DNA of 64,000 bases from Bacteriovoracaceae bacterium. Its GTDB lineage: Bacteria > Bdellovibrionota > Bacteriovoracia > Bacteriovoracales > Bacteriovoracaceae. The stretch covers positions 544,001 through 608,000 of the forward strand of contig JBLWTJ010000002.1 in NCBI GenBank assembly GCA_048270185.1. Direction: 5' to 3'. Under the pieces are notes generated by a model that saw nothing but the letters and a program-made list of their open reading frames with translations, did not search any database and was not told the origin of the DNA. The translations under genes were made by a program, and so were the position numbers. This document shows positions 35,920 to 47,179 of the stretch, piece after piece (within the stretch, counting starts at the first letter, position 1; every line of letters starts with the position of its first letter).

Positions 35920-37803
35920 TTAATATGCGTTTGAGTTGAGATTAAGCGGCATATAAACAGCAACTTCTCCCCCACCTTTTGGACGTGGAAATTGAATTGT
36001 CTTTAGGTGATTGGCCACACAATTCTTAACGCTTGTTGGAACACCTGCATCGGCCTTTGAAACTTTAGCACGTGTCACGTTACCTGAAGCACCGATAACG
36101 AAATCCATTCCAAGAACACCTGAAATTCCCTTTTGTTGAACATCAAGCTCTTTTTGATAGCAGTATCTAAATTGAGGAACATTCTCCATTAGAATTCTCA
36201 TAATATCATTTCGGTCCATTGAACCAAGAATGACTTCACGATAAGGAACACCTGCAATATAGACTTTCTTCTTATGAACAAGTCCGTCAGTTCCGAATGA
36301 AGATGATAGCTTTCCGCTTGTCTTACTACTTAGTGATCCAACTTCTGCTTTTACATCGGCCTTTTGGATTTGTGCTGATTCACCAGTTGAAAGAGATGCA
36401 CTATCGTCAGCAAAACTTTCACTTGCTCCATTACTTGCTTTGAATGAACTTAATGAACCACCTTTGGCCATTAGTGAATTCATCGAAGAAGTAAATGAAG
36501 TCGACTTATAAACATCGACCTTACCACGACTCTTTCTATTATTGGCTAGCTTCTTCACTTGCGACTTCTTCTGTGTTGTACGAGCAGGCTTTGAAGCTTT
36601 CTTCTTGTCACGAACAACTTTAATATCATTTGGCTTGCCTTGTCTTGCAACACCTTTCTTAGGTGTTGAATTTGATTTAGCCTGACTATCACCCTTGCTC
36701 TTTTGTACTTTTTGAGGTTTTTCAACGTTAGACACCTCTTGCTTAATTGGTGCCTTTTTAACTTCTTTCTTCTTTACTTCGTTCTTTACAACATTCTTTT
36801 TCTTAGTTACTCGAAGCTCTTTTGGACGATAGAGAATTTTTGCAATTCTTTCTGGTACTTTTTCCTTTTCAATTTCTTTATCTACTTTGAAGTTAAGCAT
36901 TCCAGCAGCGAAGACAAAGAATAAAATAAAGCAAAAGATTAAATACTTTCTAAGCTCTTTATCACGTCTAAAGATTGGAGCGGACTTAACAATAGGCGGA
37001 GCTTCCGTTCCCCTAACAAAAACTTTTAAATTATCTTTTTCAAATAGATGAATATCATCACGACGAAGTGAATTTTTAGCATTCTTATTATTTAGGAATG
37101 TACGATGCTCAAATCCTGGTATACGTCCAACGGCAACATCATTCTTTCTAATATCAAGAAGCTCGACTTTATCTTTCTTACCTAGGTACGGAAATTCAAT
37201 ATCGTTCCCCTTAGGGTTTTGCCCAACAAGATAATACTTTCCATCCTTGTGTGGGATATAATCGAGACCTACAATCTTCCCATTAAAGAGAATTATAACT
37301 TCAGCTGCTTCCTTATCGATACTATATTTAAAGATTGGATAAATTTCATCTGGTTCTTCAAATATATATTCCGAGAATTTAACATTATCATCAATACCAA
37401 GAGGATAGTTTACTGAGTAATCAGGATCCTTATGAATTCTCTCATCATTAAATTTTGGCTGCTTTGGTAGATTCTTAGTTACTGTTTGAGGGTGAATTAA
37501 TTGTTGAGGTGGTAGAGAATTACTCATTTCAAATGTAAACGTGTAATTTCCAATTGAGATTGATTCGCCCCCTTTCAATTCACAAGTAACAATCCCTTCA
37601 CCATTTACTGCAACCGGACTTTTTGTCGACATACTATAGATTATCGTTTTATCAGAGAATTCAATTAAGCAGTGGATATCATCAATACCAGCGCCACGCA
37701 TTCTCACATCACATGAATCACTCGCTCCAAGAATGATGCGATTCTTTTGCGGTAATCGAATATCTTTTTTACCTTTTAAATAAAATGATCTTCCTTGATC
37801 CAC
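35920..37803 (-). CDS. GltG/PglI-like gliding protein (FHA, TM, Lys-rich linker, TonB-C-like domain)
   Basis: N-terminal FHA-like 'IILGASDSCDV..IDDIHC..VAVNG'; C-terminal 'FRYCYQKEL..FVIGASGNV..C..IQFPRPKGGG'. Confidence 0.8.
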   Translation of the reverse strand: MDQGRSFYLKGKKDIRLPQKNRIILGASDSCDVRMRGAGIDDIHCLIEFSDKTIIYSMSTKSPVAVNGEGIVTCELKGGESISIGNYTFTFEMSNSLPPQQLIHPQTVTKNLPKQPKFNDERIHKDPDYSVNYPLGIDDNVKFSEYIFEEPDEIYPIFKYSIDKEAAEVIILFNGKIVGLDYIPHKDGKYYLVGQNPKGNDIEFPYLGKKDKVELLDIRKNDVAVGRIPGFEHRTFLNNKNAKNSLRRDDIHLFEKDNLKVFVRGTEAPPIVKSAPIFRRDKELRKYLIFCFILFFVFAAGMLNFKVDKEIEKEKVPERIAKILYRPKELRVTKKKNVVKNEVKKKEVKKAPIKQEVSNVEKPQKVQKSKGDSQAKSNSTPKKGVARQGKPNDIKVVRDKKKASKPARTTQKKSQVKKLANNRKSRGKVDVYKSTSFTSSMNSLMAKGGSLSSFKASNGASESFADDSASLSTGESAQIQKADVKAEVGSLSSKTSGKLSSSFGTDGLVHKKKVYIAGVPYREVILGSMDRNDIMRILMENVPQFRYCYQKELDVQQKGISGVLGMDFVIGASGNVTRAKVSKADAGVPTSVKNCVANHLKTIQFPRPKGGGEVAVYMPLNLNSNAY

Positions 37804-37812
37804 AATATCTCC

Positions 37813-38073
37813 CTATCGAATTCGATCCAGGCCTTTCATCATTTCGAGATGAAAATTAGGCTTTGAAGGTAGTTTATTTTTAAATTGTCTGAGATATCGA
37901 CTTGAAACAGTAATTTCGCCGGGAGCTCCAAGCTCACCATCGACACTAATTTCTTCAAGGTTGAATTTCTCAAACTTCTTATACTTATAGACAACTTTTT
38001 CTTTAACTGACTTTTGAGAAAAAGCCGATGTTGAAAGAGTTAATACGACTAATGCGTAAAATATTTTTCTCAT
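37813..38073 (-). CDS. GltF/CglF-like small exported protein
   Basis: Signal peptide; 'VVYKYKKFEKFNLEEISVDGELGAP'; position between TPR lipoprotein and GltG-like gene. Confidence 0.65.
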   Translation of the reverse strand: MRKIFYALVVLTLSTSAFSQKSVKEKVVYKYKKFEKFNLEEISVDGELGAPGEITVSSRYLRQFKNKLPSKPNFHLEMMKGLDRIR

Positions 38074-38966
38074 ATAGCTATTCCCTTTACTTGCTCATAA
38101 AATGCTTTATCAACAGCACTTAAGTCTTCACTATCAAGGTCTGATTCAATCGTTTTTGCATGATCGCTCTTTAATTGCTTAAGTGAATAATAAAGAGCGA
38201 TTTTCAAGCTATGAATATCAATATACCCTGGTTCCATTTCCTTAAGAATTGTATAGGCGTACTTTGGTTTCGCATCAAACAGGTACGAATAGACAAGTGA
38301 ATTAATCACGTCACGATCTTTCTTATTAACATTATAAAGACGTCTTAGAAGAGCCGTTGACTTTGTATAAAGTCCATACTTTAAGTAAATATTTGAAAGG
38401 TTAAACATCGCCGTTTTATTATTGCGCTTAACAAGTAGAACCTGTTTAAATGCAGCAACTGCCTTTGCATCCTTACCTTCATCAATTGATATTACACCAA
38501 TATTATTGATGGCCGGTATATACTTAGAGTCCAATGCAACAGCTTTATTAAAGTAAACCTTTGCAAGCCTCTTATTTCCAGACTTGTAAGAACAAATACC
38601 TTGCTGATTCCAATATGAAGGGTTTTTCTTATTCTTTTCAAACATTGCATCAAGCTGTGCTAAACCTTCTTTAGTATTACCAAGGTAACAAAGGCCAACT
38701 AGTCCAGTCTCTTTTGTATCGATATCTTCAAGTTTGTTTAGATCAACCTTATCAAGTGATTCATCTTCTAAAACATCATCAACGAGATCATTTATTAAGT
38801 GATAATCAGCTTGTGCATTATATCTAACTTGGCTCTTAGGTTTAAAGTCACTATTAGATAAGCTCTCAACAGTACTTGCATCTTCAATTTCAACGACCTT
38901 TTCTTTTTTAGATGAAGCACAAGAGAAAAGAATCCCCAGTAGGCTTAGATGAATTAAATACTTCAT
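38070..38966 (-). CDS. TPR lipoprotein (GltE/AglT-like)
   Basis: Lipobox LFSC; TPR repeats (AINNIGV, AMFNLS). Confidence 0.75.
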   Translation of the reverse strand: MKYLIHLSLLGILFSCASSKKEKVVEIEDASTVESLSNSDFKPKSQVRYNAQADYHLINDLVDDVLEDESLDKVDLNKLEDIDTKETGLVGLCYLGNTKEGLAQLDAMFEKNKKNPSYWNQQGICSYKSGNKRLAKVYFNKAVALDSKYIPAINNIGVISIDEGKDAKAVAAFKQVLLVKRNNKTAMFNLSNIYLKYGLYTKSTALLRRLYNVNKKDRDVINSLVYSYLFDAKPKYAYTILKEMEPGYIDIHSLKIALYYSLKQLKSDHAKTIESDLDSEDLSAVDKAFYEQVKGIAI

Positions 38967-41794
38967 TAGCGATTCCCCCTTCTATCCATTAGAACAGGCT
39001 TAGTAATATTTGGAAGATTAAGTCCATTACGAGATAACTGACCAAAGTTTTTCGTCAGTACGTCATTCTTTTGAATTAAAGAATCTAGCTCTTTTTTTAG
39101 TTGCCTTGACTTGGCAAATAAATTTGTCGAAACATTCTTCATACTTCCTTTAAATGAATTAATGTATTCAGGTGACTTACCTTCAGGTGAGAACCCTGCA
39201 ACATCTTGAGCAAATTTATCATAAGACTTGATAAGAAGAGAGTAACTCTTTACCATTGCTTCTCCTGATCCCATCGAAACAATCTTAGCAACATGATTCT
39301 GGATACGATCAAGACGATTAAACTTTGCTTTCATTAAATTATTAAATGTATTTTCAGGAAATTTAAGTTCGATTGAATCGAGATAATTTACATCTGATTC
39401 AAGTTTTGAGACTTCCGATAGAGCAACTTCATCAATTGTTTCAATTGCTAGGTCTTTCTTCTTTTTAACACGACGATAAATATAACTCACTTCATTTGCG
39501 TATCGACTTGTATTACCTTGCTTTCTCGATAATTGAGCTAACTTACCGACATATTCAGATTTTCTATATAGGTTTTTAGTATATGCATCTAAACGTTTAC
39601 GATAAATTTCATCTGCTTTTGCCAATTGATTATAGTCAATATAGTAATCAAAGATTTGTTCATATGATGAAAGTAATGTAGCTTTCTTAAATCGACACTT
39701 TGATTGAGCATCGACAAAGGACACTGCTTTATTATCTTTTTGAGTCGCAAGCCCCATGACAATGTAATTTTTTAAAAGGCCTTCCTTATTTGTATTTGAA
39801 ATCTGACAAGTTTTACCAAGTAGTCTCTCTGTCAAGGCCATCCCATCGTCAACTCTTTGTCTTAAGAATAGTTCGCTAATAATACTATTAAAAGATTCAT
39901 AGAACTTTGCAAGTTCAGAAATTGTCATTTCATCAATGGCACGATCTAGCCATTTAGTCATAAGGTTAATATTTCCAGACTCATAAAAGAGAACTGCAAT
40001 ATTGTAAGCTGCATTCCTCTTTGCATCGGCCGTACTCTCTGAATCTTTATAGATCATTAAATATCCTTTCAGAGCAGTAACCTTATCACCCGATTGGTTT
40101 GCCTTTTGAATATCAGAGAATTGCGCAACAAGAATGATTTTATTTAAATGGGTGACGAAACCTCGACGTAGAGGGATGCCCTCACCTTTTAGACGTTGGA
40201 CAAATGACATTAGACCAGACTTATTCTTTTGTGACTTATGAAGATCAACAATTCGACCAATCATGGCTTCATTCTTTGAAATGTTTCGAGGGTTTTCCTT
40301 CGCATAAACAAAGAAGAGATCCTCAGACTTCTTCACGTCTTTTTTCTCATTCATATAAAAAGAGAATAGCTTTTCGACGGCCTTATTCTTTTTATCCTTT
40401 GATTCTTCATGTGCAATATATGTTGAGAATACTTTCTCGAAATATTGATCACGTACTTTTCTTGAAGTCTTTTTATCATTAAGTACGATTATCATACCTG
40501 CAAGTGATCTCTTAAAATAAACACTTTCTGCTTTATTTTGAGAAATAACTTTTTCGTACATATAGAGCGCCTGAGAATACTCGCTGGCAGCATAATAAGA
40601 TTCACCAGCAAAGAATAATGCCCTTTCGCCAAGGCTTGGGTCAACTTGTTGTGAAATAAAGTAAAGTTCAGCCGCTATACGTCCTTTAAAACGCATAACT
40701 TTTGGTCTTTTCTTATTATGTGATTGGCCAAGCTCTTTTTGTAAATGAGCTGCTCTCTTTGTAACATAGAATAGTGCTTCTTTCTTTTGTTCAGGGTTTA
40801 GATTTGTTTTTGTAATAACTCGTGCATAGCGAATAAAGTTACTGTTGTTATTATACTTGTCGTAAATTTGTAGCAGTTGGACGAGGGCCTTAGCCTTAAT
40901 ATCCTCATCTTGACCATTATAAGCAGAACGAAACATTCCCGCTGCTTGAGAGTACTTCTGTTTTCCTAGAAGAATCATCCCCATATCAAAGAAGTTCTTT
41001 TGTGCATTACCTTTTTCTTGGCCATAAAATTTGAGAGCTTGCTTTGTATTACCACTCTCTGCATAAAAGTAACCAACATCACGACTGGCCATATCCTTCT
41101 TATCAACATACTTTGGACTTTTAGAAAGAGCGTAAACTTCCTTCATTTGCTTGATTGCCGTACTTTTTTTACCGACACGATAATTTGACCAAGAAAGATT
41201 GTATAAATACTTTGTATACCATTTATCATCTTTAATGCGATGGATGACAGTATTGTAATATTGACGAGACTTTTTAAAGTCCCCTTCTCGGTAGTAAATA
41301 TCTCCAAGAGCAAGTCTCGATTTGACTTCAATGAGATCACCTTTTGGCGATGATTTAACAGAGCGAACAAAGAGTGATTTCGCTTTACCCATATTTACGT
41401 TTTCAAGCTCATTATAAGCTAAGATATAATAGATATGAGATCTGGCACGAGCTCCAGGATTTCTCTTTAAAATTGATAGTCCAATACTTTGCGCTCGCTT
41501 GTAATACGTCTCTGAAGTCGAAAAGAATTTTCTACGATTAACTCTCTTCTTATCTTCTGGTTTTAGTGCAAAGAAATTCTCATTTTCTTGTTCACGTAAT
41601 ATACGACCTTTCTCAAGATTTAACTCGGCCATGCGCAAATCAAGAGTTGCATCATTTTTTGAGTATTTCTTCATACGAGCTAATTCTTTAAGCTCTAAAT
41701 CAATAACAGAAACAATCTTGTCTCTTTTAGGATTTAGTTGAAGTGCAAATGCACTAAAACTTATGAGAGAAAGTAATATTAACGATCTAATCAT
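38966..41794 (-). CDS. large TPR protein (GltD/AgmU-like)
   Basis: Signal peptide; TPRs (ALGDIYY, YNLSWSNY, FFAGESYY); synteny. Confidence 0.75.
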   Translation of the reverse strand: MIRSLILLSLISFSAFALQLNPKRDKIVSVIDLELKELARMKKYSKNDATLDLRMAELNLEKGRILREQENENFFALKPEDKKRVNRRKFFSTSETYYKRAQSIGLSILKRNPGARARSHIYYILAYNELENVNMGKAKSLFVRSVKSSPKGDLIEVKSRLALGDIYYREGDFKKSRQYYNTVIHRIKDDKWYTKYLYNLSWSNYRVGKKSTAIKQMKEVYALSKSPKYVDKKDMASRDVGYFYAESGNTKQALKFYGQEKGNAQKNFFDMGMILLGKQKYSQAAGMFRSAYNGQDEDIKAKALVQLLQIYDKYNNNSNFIRYARVITKTNLNPEQKKEALFYVTKRAAHLQKELGQSHNKKRPKVMRFKGRIAAELYFISQQVDPSLGERALFFAGESYYAASEYSQALYMYEKVISQNKAESVYFKRSLAGMIIVLNDKKTSRKVRDQYFEKVFSTYIAHEESKDKKNKAVEKLFSFYMNEKKDVKKSEDLFFVYAKENPRNISKNEAMIGRIVDLHKSQKNKSGLMSFVQRLKGEGIPLRRGFVTHLNKIILVAQFSDIQKANQSGDKVTALKGYLMIYKDSESTADAKRNAAYNIAVLFYESGNINLMTKWLDRAIDEMTISELAKFYESFNSIISELFLRQRVDDGMALTERLLGKTCQISNTNKEGLLKNYIVMGLATQKDNKAVSFVDAQSKCRFKKATLLSSYEQIFDYYIDYNQLAKADEIYRKRLDAYTKNLYRKSEYVGKLAQLSRKQGNTSRYANEVSYIYRRVKKKKDLAIETIDEVALSEVSKLESDVNYLDSIELKFPENTFNNLMKAKFNRLDRIQNHVAKIVSMGSGEAMVKSYSLLIKSYDKFAQDVAGFSPEGKSPEYINSFKGSMKNVSTNLFAKSRQLKKELDSLIQKNDVLTKNFGQLSRNGLNLPNITKPVLMDRRGNR

Positions 41795-43185
41795 TTTTCA
41801 CACTCCGAACGAAGAGCAAAGACGTAATCCCCTAATTCATCGGCCCAGAATTCGCCATTAAATGACCAAAAGTACTGTTTAGAGTTTCTTTTAAGGTATT
41901 TAATATCACCTCTCTGTCCAGTATCAGTGATACCACTATATAGTCTTGCCTTTCTTGCATTTAAAGCTTCTAGTCTTAAATAACTTAGTCCAATGAATGA
42001 CTTTTCAAGTTGTGCAGATGTAAGTTTAAAGATTCGTTTTACATATGAACCAATTAGTCTTTGCTGAAGAGTTAGAGAGTCTTTTAAGTTGATTGCTAAA
42101 ATCTTACGAAGTCTACGATTCCTAACACCTTTAATTGATTTAATTTCTCTAAGGCCATCTTTATAACTTTTAAATAATTGAATGAAAGCTGGATCCTTTT
42201 CAACATTCGCAAGGATTTGATTTGTTAATGGATCAAAGTATTTCTTTCCATCAACATAGCTATTCATAAATTTGAAATACCAATCAAGTGAGTACTTCTT
42301 AGCAATCATTTTATCGATCACTTGTTTTGACTTATCGTATGTTTTGAAATGTTCTTCAACGACATTTGACATGTCATCATATAAACATAGCTTGAAATAA
42401 CTTAAAGCTTTAAGAACATTAATTTCAGGATTAACAATATAATTTAAAACTGGAGCCTTATAAGTAACAAGCTTTCCAAGAGTTCGGTTATAATCACCTT
42501 TATAAAAACTATTCCATGCTTCTTCCGCTAAAAGCTCAGGCCAAATATAAGATCTCTTATCGATATCAATAAAAGACAATTCCGAGTCTTCCAGCTTTCT
42601 CTGTTCGTATTGGATACGAGCTATTCCTGCTTGACAGTAGTCGTGATTGATTTGTAGCTGTCTAGCTCTAACTTCATCATCACTACTTATTGATTCATCA
42701 AGACAATTCTCAAATGCACCTATTGCCCCTTTAAAACCTCTTAACATCGTAAAAGCAACACCTTCAAGATGTAGAGCAAAAGGTTTTACTGGGTGTTTAG
42801 CTGGAATTGTTCCATTTAATGTTTTTAATGACTCTTCATACTTACCTTTCTTAAGAAGTTTTTTCGCCAGAAGATACTTTAGAGTTGGTGAATCTATTTT
42901 ACTTAGATAACTCTCAGGTAAGAGAATAAATTGACGGTCCCCTACTTTAGAGACAACTTCTTCAAAAAGCCTTTCAAAGTTTTTATTAGTACGACCTTTA
43001 TATGTTACCAAGTATTCTTTAACATAAGGTACTGCAGTATGATACATCTGCTTATTGATTAATTGTTGAATAATATTAGGATAGCGATCAATCCTATTTC
43101 TTGACTTAGTAAGGTCAGTCCAAATTGACTCTAATGCAAAAGCCTGACTTACTAGTAAAAATGTAATTACTGCTTTCTTAAACAC
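41791..43185 (-). CDS. GltC-like TPR protein
   Basis: C-terminal 'WSFNGEFWADELGDY...C' resembles GltC as I recall it; synteny. Confidence 0.7.
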   Translation of the reverse strand: MFKKAVITFLLVSQAFALESIWTDLTKSRNRIDRYPNIIQQLINKQMYHTAVPYVKEYLVTYKGRTNKNFERLFEEVVSKVGDRQFILLPESYLSKIDSPTLKYLLAKKLLKKGKYEESLKTLNGTIPAKHPVKPFALHLEGVAFTMLRGFKGAIGAFENCLDESISSDDEVRARQLQINHDYCQAGIARIQYEQRKLEDSELSFIDIDKRSYIWPELLAEEAWNSFYKGDYNRTLGKLVTYKAPVLNYIVNPEINVLKALSYFKLCLYDDMSNVVEEHFKTYDKSKQVIDKMIAKKYSLDWYFKFMNSYVDGKKYFDPLTNQILANVEKDPAFIQLFKSYKDGLREIKSIKGVRNRRLRKILAINLKDSLTLQQRLIGSYVKRIFKLTSAQLEKSFIGLSYLRLEALNARKARLYSGITDTGQRGDIKYLKRNSKQYFWSFNGEFWADELGDYVFALRSECEK

Positions 43186-43196
43186 GTTTACATCCC

Positions 43197-43901
43197 TTAA
43201 ATATCAAACTGAACAGCAAAAGTTAGATCAATATTTGAATAGTATTGATCTCCAGAGTCGGCAGTATTGATTGGTTCTGCACTATAAATAACTCCATTAA
43301 TATCAGCTCTTACACTCCATGAAGTACTAACATAGAACTTAGTTGTCAGGTTCCACATTAGTCCAGTATGACTCTCACTCACTTCAGCGAATGAATTATT
43401 TGATTGTATAACCGCATCACGATTATTCGTTTCATTTAATTTTGCAAAACCAAGTCCAAGAATCCAATCAACATAGAGGATTGAATTGAAGGTATTAATT
43501 TTTGAATAGAATGGAGACCATAGGGCCATCGCGCCAATATAGTCATTGGTAATTCTTCTAAATGGAATTGAACCTCCACTTACACCATTACTTCTAACAG
43601 AAGCGGCCGTTTCATTCTCTTCACCGGAATTACTAGCATATACAAATTCAGCACCCCATTCTTCTGAAAAGAAGTATCCTGCACGAAGTTGAATTGATGT
43701 TGAATCAACAAAGGCACCTGTTAAAGTTTTTCCAAATCCACCACTAACGTATAAACGGTTAACTTTTTTAAATTTACGGTTTTGTAAAACATAGATTTCT
43801 TTGTCTTTATCAAGCCATGAAAAATTGTAGAGATCACTTTCAGCTGCGAAAGTTTTGAGTGTTATAAAACTTAAAAATAATACTAAGATCATCCTAATCA
43901 T
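43197..43901 (-). CDS. outer-membrane beta-barrel (GltA/B-like)
   Basis: 'VLQNRKFKK' N-terminal motif, 'WSPFYSKIN', 8-strand barrel pattern; head of the glt cluster. Confidence 0.72.
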   Translation of the reverse strand: MIRMILVLFLSFITLKTFAAESDLYNFSWLDKDKEIYVLQNRKFKKVNRLYVSGGFGKTLTGAFVDSTSIQLRAGYFFSEEWGAEFVYASNSGEENETAASVRSNGVSGGSIPFRRITNDYIGAMALWSPFYSKINTFNSILYVDWILGLGFAKLNETNNRDAVIQSNNSFAEVSESHTGLMWNLTTKFYVSTSWSVRADINGVIYSAEPINTADSGDQYYSNIDLTFAVQFDI

Positions 43902-43978
43902 TTTAGCGTCCTGCCTTTCAAATAGTTGGATTTACAGTAATTATTTTAACATAAGATGCTAACTACTAATTAAGTCGC

Positions 43979-46900
43979 TTATTGGTGGCATAAATTTCCA
44001 TACAAGCAAGATGAACAATGTTTGATCTTTTTCCCGACTAAATCACTTAATGTTTGCCAGACATGAAAAAGGTCACTTTCCACTTCTTCAAGGCTAATTG
44101 ATTTCGAAATAATCTCTTGTCGATCAAGTGCGAGAATCTTAAGTTCAATAATTTCAGGCATCTTTACCCCAAGGTTTTTCAGACCAAAAGCGTAGGTCTT
44201 TACCTGGAATAGATAAGACCTTAATTTATCCTCATCAATTAAACCTGACTTAAAATCCCAGATTTCACATACCTGACCATCACGGTAAACTAAGGCATCA
44301 ATAATTCCTGTGATCATTTGCCCGAAAAAAGAGAATTTTATTTGATGCTCACTGACTACTTCGTCCGCATTTGCCTCAGAGATGCACTTACTTACCCAGT
44401 TAATAATCTCAATCTCATCTGGTTTATTAAATTTAAGATCATGGCCTTTGATTAGGCCTTCAATAAGATAGTGCAGACGATTTCCTCGGTCTGCATCAGA
44501 GATACCATATGCCGTTGGAGTTTCTATTTTATTATCTTGTGTGAATTGCTTAAAATCTTCTTCTAATTTTAAGACTTGGTTTAAATAGAATTTTCTCGAA
44601 CAAAGAGATAGTTCTGAAAGTTTCGTTACAGATAATTCAGAAATTAATCCCAGCTGAATACTTTCTTGTGTATTTTTAACTCCAAGTGCATCTAAGAAAT
44701 AAATCGGCGGGCGAACACTTTCTTGTACAGTATAGTCTAAATCAAATACTTCTGCTTCGACTTCACTTGTACGACAATTCCTTAAAGGAACGATCCAGCT
44801 ATTATCTGAGAACTTACACTCTTTTCCATTTAAACTTATATCAAAGTAATCAATATTTTCTACCGAACGGGTACAGGCAACATAGAAAAGTCTCTTAGAT
44901 TCAGAAAATTCTTTTTGCTTTTTAATTAGTCGTTCGAGAATAAGATTTGGTGAATTATAAAGCTTCTTTGTGTTTATATCAGAACTCCACGACAGAGCTC
45001 CAGGAAGAGTTCCAAATTTGCCAGTATCAGGAACAGAACGACCATTTGAATGAATTCCACCAAGAATAATATGCTCAAACTCAAGACCTTTTGAAGCGTG
45101 AGTTGTCATAATTCTCACTTTTGGTTTTGAAAGATATGAGAAACTTGCACTATATGAGTCAGACTCTAGAGTTTTTAAAATCTTATAAATTTGATTAATA
45201 TCACCCTTGGCCCCGCCAATGATTCCATTAATTTTTTCAGAGTTATTCTTATAGGCAGAGCTTGATAAGCCTAATTTAAAAATATAAGACCAAAAGGAAT
45301 ATTCGACATTACTATTTTCATAAGTGTTACGAGCAATGATTAAATCAGCAGTTTCAGCTTTCGCAATACTTTTATAGAAGTGGCTACAAACACCTTCAAT
45401 GATGAAATTATAATAGCGTGTAATCGCTTCAAGTCTTTTACTATCGGCGCCTTCTTTAACTGATTCAATTAAGAAATTTATATAGGCCTTAAAAATAATA
45501 ATCAGAGGATCTTCACCGTATGGAATTTTAACTTGTGCAACAAATGGAATTCCATCTCTCATTAAGTTCGAAATTAATTGTTTCGATGGAGCAAGTGTAC
45601 GATAGAGAATACAGATCTCACTATTTGGATCATTGGCCAATTTCTTTTGAATTAATTGATTAATGGCCTCTGCTTCAATATTGTCATAAACAGTTGATGA
45701 TCGTGTTGATGACTCTAGTTCTAAATCAATCTTGTGAGAGGTTACCTTACCAAGTCCTTGTGTTTTTACATCTGATGGAAACTTCTGGTAATCAACTTTC
45801 ACACTAAATTGGTCTCTTCCTGTATAGCTTTCACCAAGAGCGAAGATCGCATCAAAGAAGTGATTATTAAAATTGACAACAACTTCTTCAGATCTGTAAT
45901 TGTTAGACATTTGGAGACTTTGAGGTATGACTTTTTCTGTCTGATTAAAAACAGCAATCTCACCACCTCTAAAGCCATAAATGGCCTGTTTTCTATCTCC
46001 TACACACATCAGGCGATTAAAATCAGCTCCTATCACATGCTTAATAATTTGATATTGCCCAGGAGAAGTATCTTGGTATTCATCGACAATTATATAATCA
46101 AAGTTTTCTTGAGCGAGTCTTCTTGATTCCTCTGAATGTTCAAGTGATTTAAGAGTAAGGTACTCGATATCTGAAAAATCTATTCCTGGATAATTATAAT
46201 AATGCTCTTCAATATAGTTAAATAACTCTTTATAAAGTACCAGCCACTCTTTGTAGACATCAGTTGAAGCGAAGAATTGATCATAATTTTCCATATTCTT
46301 ATCAACAAACTTCAACAGTTCATTGCAACTTAATATTAAGTCCCCAACTTCGACAGGAATACCTTTTGAACGTGTTGGTTTACTTGCCTTATAAGTAATT
46401 GCAAAATTCTTAATATTATCCCAAGAATAATTTCTTGAACTAAAGTAATTCTCAGAAGCAGCCAGTTTCTTCCACCAGGCCTTCTTTGCATGCTCATCAG
46501 AATATGTGTCACTTGAATAATGATTATCAAAAACATCTTTTACACCTAAAAGACTTAGAACATTTTCAAAATAACTTAATTCATTAAACTCGAGATTTTC
46601 AACATCGATCTCAAGCCACTCGTAACGTAATTCGGGGCTGGCAAATACATATTGCATTGATGAGATAAGAGCATCAATATTTTTAAGAAAGATTTCGATA
46701 CGTGGATTATTTATATTACGATTAAACCACTGCTTCGTTAACTCCTCGATTTTCACATTAATTTTAAAACGATCAACAATATCGAGATTTGCAGGTGCAC
46801 CAAAAATATAACCACGTTTAATAAGCTTAAGACAGAAACTATGAATTGTAGAAATCCCTAAAGACTCCAATGCTTCATCAATGACCTTCTTCTTTTGTAA

Positions 46901-47179
46901 ATCTTCTTCTTTACTAAATCGATCATACATTCTGGCCTGTAACTCTCCAGCTGCTTCCTTCGTAAATGTCATCACCACGATTTTAGAAAGATAAGCTTTA
47001 AGGGCCAGTGAGATTTCTAAGTGACTTAGATGAGCTAGTGATTCATATTTTTCTTCAATTAAATATGCAAGGTGTTCGATGATAACACGAGTCTTTCCAG
47101 AGCCTGCTCCGGCATTAAGTAGAACTCCACCACTATGTTTAACTGCTTTTTCTTGTTCAGCATTTAGTTGAATGGCCAT
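43979..47179 (-). CDS. addA: AddA-like UvrD helicase/nuclease
   Basis: AGAGSGKT, TFTKEAA, IVDEYQD, VGDRKQAIYGFRG, NYRS, THASKGLEF, GIID..WDFKS. Confidence 0.85.
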   Translation of the reverse strand: MAIQLNAEQEKAVKHSGGVLLNAGAGSGKTRVIIEHLAYLIEEKYESLAHLSHLEISLALKAYLSKIVVMTFTKEAAGELQARMYDRFSKEEDLQKKKVIDEALESLGISTIHSFCLKLIKRGYIFGAPANLDIVDRFKINVKIEELTKQWFNRNINNPRIEIFLKNIDALISSMQYVFASPELRYEWLEIDVENLEFNELSYFENVLSLLGVKDVFDNHYSSDTYSDEHAKKAWWKKLAASENYFSSRNYSWDNIKNFAITYKASKPTRSKGIPVEVGDLILSCNELLKFVDKNMENYDQFFASTDVYKEWLVLYKELFNYIEEHYYNYPGIDFSDIEYLTLKSLEHSEESRRLAQENFDYIIVDEYQDTSPGQYQIIKHVIGADFNRLMCVGDRKQAIYGFRGGEIAVFNQTEKVIPQSLQMSNNYRSEEVVVNFNNHFFDAIFALGESYTGRDQFSVKVDYQKFPSDVKTQGLGKVTSHKIDLELESSTRSSTVYDNIEAEAINQLIQKKLANDPNSEICILYRTLAPSKQLISNLMRDGIPFVAQVKIPYGEDPLIIIFKAYINFLIESVKEGADSKRLEAITRYYNFIIEGVCSHFYKSIAKAETADLIIARNTYENSNVEYSFWSYIFKLGLSSSAYKNNSEKINGIIGGAKGDINQIYKILKTLESDSYSASFSYLSKPKVRIMTTHASKGLEFEHIILGGIHSNGRSVPDTGKFGTLPGALSWSSDINTKKLYNSPNLILERLIKKQKEFSESKRLFYVACTRSVENIDYFDISLNGKECKFSDNSWIVPLRNCRTSEVEAEVFDLDYTVQESVRPPIYFLDALGVKNTQESIQLGLISELSVTKLSELSLCSRKFYLNQVLKLEEDFKQFTQDNKIETPTAYGISDADRGNRLHYLIEGLIKGHDLKFNKPDEIEIINWVSKCISEANADEVVSEHQIKFSFFGQMITGIIDALVYRDGQVCEIWDFKSGLIDEDKLRSYLFQVKTYAFGLKNLGVKMPEIIELKILALDRQEIISKSISLEEVESDLFHVWQTLSDLVGKKIKHCSSCLYGNLCHQ

